Made by a program: the position numbers and the translations under genes
Shown: piece after piece, positions 57,108 to 64,000 of the stretch
Numbering within the stretch: position 1 is the stretch's first letter
Layout: every line of letters starts with the position of its first letter
The notes under the pieces: model-generated
What the model saw: the letters and a program-made list of their open reading frames with translations, nothing else
Told to the model about the DNA's origin: nothing
Database searches by the model: none
Origin: Candidatus Kaiserbacteria bacterium
Lineage (GTDB): Bacteria; Patescibacteriota; Minisyncoccia; Phycocordibacterales; Phycocordibacteraceae
Assembly: GCA_027451665.1 (NCBI GenBank)
Contig: DAIDIW010000002.1
Location: 48,251-112,250 of the forward strand
Reading direction: 5' to 3'
Length of the DNA: 64,000 nt

Positions 57108-58133
57108 ATGGCATTCTTCTCGCCCAAGCTCGGCATCGATCTCGGTACCACGAATGTGCTTGTTTTTGTCCCTGGCAAGGGCGTCGTCATAAACGAGCCG
57201 TCAGTCGTCGCGGTCGGCAAGGATCGCGGGAAGGGCGGCAAGAGCAAGATCCTCGCCATTGGGAGTGCGGCGAAGGAGATGATAGGCAGGACGCCCGAAG
57301 ACATCATCGCGTACCGTCCGATGAAGGATGGCGTCATCGCAGATTATCGCGTTACGGAAGCGATGCTGCGTTACTTCATCCGCAAGGCGCTCGGCTGGAA
57401 TCCCTTCAAGCCGACCGTGCTCGTCTCGGTGCCGGCGGGTGTGACCTCTACGGAGAAGCGCGCGGTCATCGAGGCTGCGATCAAGGCAGGGGCGAAGAAC
57501 GCGTATGTGGTAAAGGAGCCGATCCTTGCCGCGATTGGCGCAGGGATACCGATCCACGAACCTATGGGACGAATGGTCGCGGACATCGGCGGCGGGACGA
57601 TCGACGTCGCCGTGATATCGCTCGGCGGGATCGTCGCAAGCACGTCCGTCAAATGCGCAGGCAACCGCCTTGACCGCGCCATCGTGGATTACGTGAAGCG
57701 TCAGTACAACCTTGCGATAGGCGATAAGACCGCAGAGGAGATAAAGATCCGAATCGGCGCCGCAGTGCCGATGAACGAGGAGCTCACAATTGCCGTGAAG
57801 GGGCGCGATCAGGTATCAGGACTGCCGCGCACGGTTGAACTCTCAACGAACGATATTGCGCAGGCGATGGTGCGCGAGTTGCGCGAGATGACGCAGGCGG
57901 TCCGGAAGGTCCTTCAGGATACGCCGCCGGAACTTGCCGCGGATATCATCGACAATGGCATCATTCTCACAGGTGGCACCTCGCAGCTCCGCCAGATTAC
58001 GGAACTCATCTACCGGCGGACTGGGGTCATCGCGAAGCTCGCGAACGATCCGTATTACTGCGTGGCGCGCGGCACGGGCATAGCGCTGAAACATCTCGAT
58101 ACGTACGAGAAAAGCGTGATGGCGAAGGGGTAA
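57108..58133 (+). CDS. mreB: Rod shape-determining protein MreB (paralog 1)
   Basis: IDLGT, EPSVVA, DIGGGT, LTGG. Confidence 0.95.
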   Translation: MAFFSPKLGIDLGTTNVLVFVPGKGVVINEPSVVAVGKDRGKGGKSKILAIGSAAKEMIGRTPEDIIAYRPMKDGVIADYRVTEAMLRYFIRKALGWNPFKPTVLVSVPAGVTSTEKRAVIEAAIKAGAKNAYVVKEPILAAIGAGIPIHEPMGRMVADIGGGTIDVAVISLGGIVASTSVKCAGNRLDRAIVDYVKRQYNLAIGDKTAEEIKIRIGAAVPMNEELTIAVKGRDQVSGLPRTVELSTNDIAQAMVRELREMTQAVRKVLQDTPPELAADIIDNGIILTGGTSQLRQITELIYRRTGVIAKLANDPYYCVARGTGIALKHLDTYEKSVMAKG

Positions 58134-58208
58134 GCGCAAAACAAGTGCGACTCAGATAAAAATGCGGCGGCACGAATGTGCCGCCGCATGTTTTGAGACA
58201 TATCCTCT

Positions 58209-58703
58209 TTACCATCGCGCGGTGAACTGGAATGCGAGGATAAGACGATAGCTTCGTCCCTGGCCGAAACGCGTGTCCGCCGGGACGAGCCCAAACGGAT
58301 CGGGATGTACCGGCTTGTCGGCGACGGCATACACCGTGAATCCGCTGCCGACGTAGTGCACGAGCTCCGCGTGCATCGAAGAATCGCTATATCCGAGACC
58401 GCCCGGAAGCTCGGCGAGCAGCGTATCCCGAAACGGCAGGATCCGTGGTTGCAACCGGTACGGATTCCTGTCGCTTAACGCCGGATTCTGATCGCTTATG
58501 ACGACCTTCGTCGTCGGAATGCTGAGATCGAGCGGCTGGGTCCTGGATGGATAACGATTCAACAGTGCGATATCCTGTGAAGCATCTTCCAGAGTGAACG
58601 GGTAATGGGTGGGTATAATGAGCTTCAGCGGGTGGGCGGTCGCGATCGTTGCCGTGAGGCTGAGGATACAGAAGATAAGCGTATTCAGGGCATTCGCACG
58701 CAT
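58209..58703 (-). CDS. Hypothetical exported protein
   Basis: AAGGGGGAG RBS, signal peptide (..TATIATA), alternating aromatic C-terminus FQFTARW. Confidence 0.5.
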   Translation of the reverse strand: MRANALNTLIFCILSLTATIATAHPLKLIIPTHYPFTLEDASQDIALLNRYPSRTQPLDLSIPTTKVVISDQNPALSDRNPYRLQPRILPFRDTLLAELPGGLGYSDSSMHAELVHYVGSGFTVYAVADKPVHPDPFGLVPADTRFGQGRSYRLILAFQFTARW

Positions 58704-58796
58704 GATCTCCCCCTTTCGCGCATGAGTCTCGCGCCATACTCGCACATCCCGCACGGGCGTCAATCGCGCTATGCACCGGCACGGTATACTGGCCGT

Positions 58797-59501
58797 ATGC
58801 GGCATCACGCCACCGTCATCGAGGCGAAGAATGAGGCAGGCATAGCCGAGGCGCTTCGGATCGTCGAACGCGAGCTCGGGCTTGCGGTGAAGGGGAATCC
58901 GGACGTCCTCGTGCGAAGGTATGGATTGTTTTCCGTTGAGGATGCGCGGAGGCTCCGGGAACGTGCGCACGACGCTCCGTTTTCGGGCGAAGCACGGGCG
59001 CTCATTATCGCTGTCGAGCGGTTTTACCATGAAGCGCAGAACGCGCTCCTGAAGCTCCTTGAGGAACCGCCGAAGGGCACCTACGTTTTTCTCGTCGTAC
59101 CGGCCGCCGGTACGCTCTTGCCCACTATCCGATCGCGCGTACATCTTCTGCGCCTCGATGAGGAACGCGATGCGAGATCAATAAAACCGTCTGTCGGAGA
59201 AGACGCTGAGGGCTTCATCCGGGGAGGGAAGGAGATGCGCGCGAAGATCATAAAGCGCCTCACCTCCGGGACCGACGACGAGGATCGGCGTAAGAAGCGC
59301 GATCAAGCAATCGCCCTCGTGAATGGGATCGAACAAACCGTTCACGTGCGTGCCGTCCGCGTTGGATGTACGGAACCGGACGTCCGGCTGCTTGTGGAAC
59401 TTCAAACCATGCGCGGGTATCTCTACGACCGCTCATCGCCCCTGAAGCTCATGCTCGAGCATCTGGCACTCGTGACGCCCCGTGTTACTCGCGAGGCATA
59501 G
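58797..59501 (+). CDS. holB: DNA polymerase III delta-prime-like protein (short)
   Basis: NPD, EAQNALLKLLEEPP, LLPTIRSR. Confidence 0.8.
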   Translation: MRHHATVIEAKNEAGIAEALRIVERELGLAVKGNPDVLVRRYGLFSVEDARRLRERAHDAPFSGEARALIIAVERFYHEAQNALLKLLEEPPKGTYVFLVVPAAGTLLPTIRSRVHLLRLDEERDARSIKPSVGEDAEGFIRGGKEMRAKIIKRLTSGTDDEDRRKKRDQAIALVNGIEQTVHVRAVRVGCTEPDVRLLVELQTMRGYLYDRSSPLKLMLEHLALVTPRVTREA

Positions 59502-59588
59502 GCAACGGAAGCCAAATCCAGGCCGCCATGGCGGCCTGGATTTGGTATCATTTCCGTACCCTTTACCCGCTTTTCCTTATTACTGCAC

Positions 59589-60137
59589 ATGGCCTACGAT
59601 TTTTCCGGACTCAAGAAGCAGATCGCAGATACCGAGCAATGGCTTTCCCATGAGCTTGCCGGAGTGCGTACGGGACGCGCGACGCCGCTCCTTCTCGATA
59701 GTGTGAAAGTCGCCGCCTATGGCGCCCTCACGCCCTTGACTCAGGTGGGGAATATTTCCGTAGAGGATGCGCGTACGCTTCGCGTCATTCCGTGGGACGC
59801 GTCTCTCGTGAAAGACATCGAGAAGGCCATTACCGATGCGAACCTCGGTGTCGGCGTCTCGACCGATGATCAAGGCCTGCGCGTGTCATTCCCGGAATTG
59901 ACCGCTGAACGCCGCACGCAGCTCGTGAAGCTCGCTGGCGATAAGACGGAGCAGGCGAAGGTGACGCTGCGCGGTCACCGTACGGAGGCCGTAAAGGAGA
60001 TCGAGGCGCTCAAGAAAGAAGGCATGAGCGAAGACCAGGCGAAGCGCGATAAGGAGGAACTCCAGAAGCTTATTGATGCCGGTAATGAGGCGCTCGGGAA
60101 GCAGCTTACGAGGAAGGAGGAGGAGATCTCGCTCTAG
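59589..60137 (+). CDS. frr: Ribosome recycling factor
   Basis: VRTGRA, PWD, PELTAERR. Confidence 0.96.
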   Translation: MAYDFSGLKKQIADTEQWLSHELAGVRTGRATPLLLDSVKVAAYGALTPLTQVGNISVEDARTLRVIPWDASLVKDIEKAITDANLGVGVSTDDQGLRVSFPELTAERRTQLVKLAGDKTEQAKVTLRGHRTEAVKEIEALKKEGMSEDQAKRDKEELQKLIDAGNEALGKQLTRKEEEISL

Positions 60138-60230
60138 ACCTTCGGATGAGGCACAGACGGGACGCGGCATCGGACGCGTCCCGTTCCCCTTCGTCCTGGC
60201 GTGTCGATACCGTGTAGTACACTGCTCGTC

Positions 60231-61322
60231 ATGGAAGTCCTCATCTTCGTCATCGTCATCATCGCGCTCATCGTCGTGCATGAGTTCGGACACTTCGTTG
60301 CGGCGAAGCTCTCGGGGATGCGGGTGGATGAATTCGGTATCGGGTATCCGCCGCGGGCGCTCACGATAGGGAAATGGGGCGAAACGGAATACACCCTGAA
60401 CTGGCTCCCGTTCGGCGGATTCGTGAAGATTTACGGAGAGGACGGCGAGGACCACGGCCCGCGTTCGTTCGCCTCGCGCCCGCGCATCCTGCAGGCGATC
60501 GTATTGGTGGCCGGGGTGACGATGAACCTCGTGTTTGCGTATGTGCTCATCACGGGTGCTCTCGTCTCCGGTACCCCCCGAGCGCTCTCCGTAGTCGAGA
60601 TTCCGCACGCGACGGATCTGCAGATCGTGGTTGCCGCCGTCCTACCGGGCTCTCCTGCCGCCCGCGCGGGACTGAACGAGGGGGATTTGATCAACGCGGC
60701 GGCGGACGCGCATGGATCCTGGACGGCGCGTTCAAGCGAATCGTTTCCGGATTTCGTGACGGCGAGCCAGGGTGCGCCGATTACACTCGCGGTCGAGAAA
60801 GCGACTGGCGAGAAGACATCGATAGTCGTCCGCCCTACAACCGGCCTCATCCCGCATGATCCGTCGCGTTATGCGCTCGGCATCGACGAAGGTATCGTTG
60901 GCGTCGTACCGGTCGCGCTCGGGGCGGCTATCATCCAGGGAGCGAATCTTACGTGGGGGATGACCATACTCACGGCACAGGGGCTCTGGCATTTCTTTTA
61001 CGGTCTGTTCACGCTGCATGCGAACCTCTCGCAGGTTTCGGGGCCGGTCGGCATCGCCGGTGCGGTGGGTGCCGCAAGCCGACAGGGGTTTGGAGACCTG
61101 CTTTCGCTTATGGCAGTCATTTCCGTCAATCTCGCTCTCATAAACCTTATTCCCGTGCCGGCGCTCGACGGCGGTCGTCTGCTCTTCGTCATTATCGAAG
61201 GCGTCTCCCGCAGGCGCATTAAACCCGTCATCGGGCAGGCCGTGAACAGTATCGGCTTTGTAGCGCTCGCCCTGCTTATGGTGGTCGTGACGGTCCACGA
61301 TCTCCTGAAGCTCGTCCACTAA
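60231..61322 (+). CDS. rseP: RseP-like M50 intramembrane metalloprotease with PDZ
   Basis: HEFGH, LPFGGFV, NLIPVPALDGG. Confidence 0.92.
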   Translation: MEVLIFVIVIIALIVVHEFGHFVAAKLSGMRVDEFGIGYPPRALTIGKWGETEYTLNWLPFGGFVKIYGEDGEDHGPRSFASRPRILQAIVLVAGVTMNLVFAYVLITGALVSGTPRALSVVEIPHATDLQIVVAAVLPGSPAARAGLNEGDLINAAADAHGSWTARSSESFPDFVTASQGAPITLAVEKATGEKTSIVVRPTTGLIPHDPSRYALGIDEGIVGVVPVALGAAIIQGANLTWGMTILTAQGLWHFFYGLFTLHANLSQVSGPVGIAGAVGAASRQGFGDLLSLMAVISVNLALINLIPVPALDGGRLLFVIIEGVSRRRIKPVIGQAVNSIGFVALALLMVVVTVHDLLKLVH

Positions 61323-61378
61323 GCGCGGAGGGGCGTCTGGTTACGGGATTTTTAGGGTTCAGGTATACTGGTGCGCAT

Positions 61379-62632
61379 ATGCGGCAATCGAGACTCTTCA
61401 CGAAGACGCGGCGGGAGGCGCCGAAGGATGAAGTATCGAAGAATGCGCAGCTCCTCATCCGTGCGGGGTTCATTCATAAGGAGATGGCTGGCGTGTACGC
61501 GTATCTGCCGCTCGGGCTGCGCACGCTCGAAAAGATAAAAGCGATCGTTCGCGAAGAGATGGACGCGCTCGGGGCGCAGGAGCTCATCATGACGAGCCTC
61601 CAACGCAAGGAAGTGTGGGAAAAGACGGACCGTTGGGACGAAGCGAAGGTCGATGTGTGGTTCAAATCGAAGCTCGCAGCTGGCGGTGACGTCGGCTTCG
61701 GCTGGTCACACGAAGAGCCAATCACCGAGATGATGACGCAGTACCTCTCGAGCTATCGGGACCTGCCGGTGTACGTCTATCAGTTCCAGACAAAACTGCG
61801 CAACGAGCTGCGCGCGAAGAGCGGCATCATGCGCGGCCGCGAGTTCGTGATGAAAGACATGTATTCCTACACGGCAGACGCGGCCGAGCACAAGAAAATC
61901 TATGATGCGGCCATCGACGCCTATCTTCGCATATACCGCCGCGTCGGACTCGGCGATCGTACCTTCCTCACATTCGCTTCCGGTGGGGCGTTTACGGAGT
62001 TTTCGCACGAGTTTCAGACGCTCTCCGATGTCGGCGAGGATACCGTATACGTGCATCGCGGGAGGGGCATCGCCATAAACGAAGAGGTAATGCGCGACGA
62101 TGTCCTTTCAAAGCTTGGGGTGGCGCGGAACGAGCTTGAGAAAGCAAAAGCCATAGAGGTGGGCAACATTTTCGATTTTGGCGGCGCAAAATCCGAGCAG
62201 CTCAGCCTCTTCTTTAAGAATGAAGCGGGTGAGAACGTGCCGGTTCACCTCGGTTCCTACGGTATCGGCGTCACGAGACTCATGGGCGTGCTCGCCGAGG
62301 TATTCGCTGACGATAAAGGTCTCGTGTGGCCGGCGACGGTGGCGCCGTTCCGGATCCATCTCATTTCGCTTGGCAAGGACGGCGACGAAGTCGCGCGCGC
62401 GGCGGAAGACCTTTACGAGGTATTCAAGAATGCTGGCCTAGAGGTGCTCTTCGACGATCGTGATCTGCGTGCCGGCGAGAAATTCGCAGACGCGGATCTT
62501 ATCGGCATCCCGACGCGCGTCGTCGTTGGCCGGGACGCGCTCGCGAAAGGAGCGCTTGAGGTCACAGACCGCGCGACCGGCGCAGTGGAGCTCATTACCC
62601 GGGAAGAAATCCTCCGCACCTACCATGCCTAA
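61379..62632 (+). CDS. proS: Proline--tRNA ligase (short, no editing domain)
   Basis: MRQSRLF, LLIRAG, RNELR..GIMRGREFVMKD, GSYGIG, GEKFADADLIG. Confidence 0.95.
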   Translation: MRQSRLFTKTRREAPKDEVSKNAQLLIRAGFIHKEMAGVYAYLPLGLRTLEKIKAIVREEMDALGAQELIMTSLQRKEVWEKTDRWDEAKVDVWFKSKLAAGGDVGFGWSHEEPITEMMTQYLSSYRDLPVYVYQFQTKLRNELRAKSGIMRGREFVMKDMYSYTADAAEHKKIYDAAIDAYLRIYRRVGLGDRTFLTFASGGAFTEFSHEFQTLSDVGEDTVYVHRGRGIAINEEVMRDDVLSKLGVARNELEKAKAIEVGNIFDFGGAKSEQLSLFFKNEAGENVPVHLGSYGIGVTRLMGVLAEVFADDKGLVWPATVAPFRIHLISLGKDGDEVARAAEDLYEVFKNAGLEVLFDDRDLRAGEKFADADLIGIPTRVVVGRDALAKGALEVTDRATGAVELITREEILRTYHA

Positions 62633-63677
62633 GTTTTCGAAGAATTCGCTCTTCTCGTCAGACATCGCAATCGACCTCGGTACGGCGAATACGCTTGTCT
62701 ACGTGCGTGGGAAAGGGGTCATCATCAACGAACCGTCTGTCGTTGCCGTTAACGATAAGACCGGACAGGTGGTAGCGGTCGGAAAAGAGGCAAAGCAGAT
62801 GCTCGGCAAGACGCCGCCGCATATCCGCACGGTGCGGCCGCTCTCGCATGGCGTCATCAGCGATTTCGAGGTGACGGAGGAACTTCTCACGTATCTCATC
62901 AATAAGGCGCAGGGAGGTCGCGCGCGTCTGTTCGGTCCACGCGTGGTAATCGGAGTCCCGACCGGTGTGACGAATGTCCAGAGCCGGGCGGTACGCGATG
63001 CGGCGAAGAACGCCGGTGCGCGCGAGGCGATCATTCTCGAAGAGCCGGTCGCGGGCGCAATCGGCGCGAAGCTTCCGGTTTCCGAAGCCGTCGGCACCAT
63101 GGTGCTCGATATCGGCGGGGGCACGACCGATATCGCAGTGATCGCCCTTAAGGGTTCGGTTGCCGCGAAAAGTTCGCAAGTCGCCGGGGATCGGTTCAAT
63201 GAGAACATCATCGATTTCGTACGCAGCGAATTCAAGCTTGGTATCGGCGAACGGACCGCTGAGGAAGTAAAGATAACGATCGGTGCGGTCATGCCGCTTA
63301 CGGAAACCTTGACCCACGCCGTCCGTGGACGCGATCTTGCTACCGGTCTCCCGCGGGAGGTCACGCTTACCGACGCGCATGTGCGCGAGGCGCTCGCCCC
63401 ATCTCTCGACGCGCTCATGGATGCGATGAAAGAGGTCATCGAAGTAACGCCTCCGGAACTTCTTTCAGACGTGCTTGAGCGCGGCGTCACCGTGTTCGGT
63501 GGCGGTGCACTCTTGCGGGGGTTGCCGCAGATCCTCGCGAAAATGCTCGGAGTGCCGGTAAAGGTCGCACCGGATCCCTTGACAGCGGTCGTGCGCGGGG
63601 CCGGCATGGTGACCGAGAACCCCACGCCGTTCGCTGATTTCTTTATCGATGAAGAAGACATACTTAGCGAAACGTAA
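62625..63677 (+). CDS. mreB: Rod shape-determining protein MreB (paralog 2)
   Basis: IDLGTANT, EPSVVA, DIGGGTT, GGGALL. Confidence 0.95.
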   Translation: MPKFSKNSLFSSDIAIDLGTANTLVYVRGKGVIINEPSVVAVNDKTGQVVAVGKEAKQMLGKTPPHIRTVRPLSHGVISDFEVTEELLTYLINKAQGGRARLFGPRVVIGVPTGVTNVQSRAVRDAAKNAGAREAIILEEPVAGAIGAKLPVSEAVGTMVLDIGGGTTDIAVIALKGSVAAKSSQVAGDRFNENIIDFVRSEFKLGIGERTAEEVKITIGAVMPLTETLTHAVRGRDLATGLPREVTLTDAHVREALAPSLDALMDAMKEVIEVTPPELLSDVLERGVTVFGGGALLRGLPQILAKMLGVPVKVAPDPLTAVVRGAGMVTENPTPFADFFIDEEDILSET

Positions 63678-64000
63678 TGCGCTCCTGTCGCCCTCAGGTT
63701 TCTCGGGAGGCGTGCTAGCGCTCATCATCATCGGACTCCTCGTGGTCTGCCGGTTCCTGCTGCCCGGTCTCTTCCTCACCGCCACGATGCCGTTCGTGCG
63801 CGCCGGCGATTCGGTCAGCCGTTCGTTCGGTGATGCGCTCGGCGGTTTCGGCAACCGAGTTGCGCTTACTGTCTCGAACGAGCACCTTACGCAGCAGAAC
63901 GAAGCGCTCGCCGTCGAGAATCGTACGCTTGCGGATAAGATCGCGAGCCTGACGGCGCTCCTCGGCGCGACGAGCGCCCCCGCCGCGCAACCTGCTGTCG
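63649..64000 (+). CDS. mreC: Probable MreC (3' partial)
   Basis: MKKTYLAKRNALL..., TM, then coiled coil (NEHLTQQNEAL..EN); overlaps the mreB stop. Confidence 0.65.
   Translation, partial: MKKTYLAKRNALLSPSGFSGGVLALIIIGLLVVCRFLLPGLFLTATMPFVRAGDSVSRSFGDALGGFGNRVALTVSNEHLTQQNEALAVENRTLADKIASLTALLGATSAPAAQPAV

Noticed and set aside
57108-63677. Two mreB genes as an anomaly or assembly duplicate
   Set aside because: The copies are clearly diverged, and multiple MreB paralogs are common

Overview
A gene-dense, GC-rich bacterial window using the standard code (TAA, TAG and TGA all act as stops). Gene content and order (short proS, frr-rseP-proS-mreB-mreC, two mreB paralogs, YprB-like nuclease next to hisS, many apparently leaderless genes) suggest a Patescibacteria/CPR (Parcubacteria-like) chromosome; this assignment is an inference. 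Housekeeping blocks lie at both ends. The middle carries a MacAB-type ABC exporter, a P-type H+-ATPase, a GT4-GH57-GH15 glucan cluster, panD, a lexA/umuD-like plus Y-family polymerase cassette with a perfect operator, a complete cyoABCDE operon and a stand-alone cytochrome b. An alphaproteobacterial-type GcrA is also present. The most interesting part is an accessory island of about 9 kb (c. 43600-52410) beside the 3' end of tRNA-Asn. It holds (i) a 46-aa peptide gene missing from the ORF track (ending ...KFGKDGCGY) directly upstream of a radical SAM/SPASM enzyme and an HExxH peptidase, a candidate new RiPP system; (ii) an apparent DGR target gene with no reverse transcriptase in the window; (iii) a MazG-like/DUF2075 pair cut by an IS3 element; (iv) a purM with one in-frame TAG; and (v) repeated tRNA-end/hairpin junction sequences between these modules. 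All protein calls come from motif recognition by eye, with no database search.
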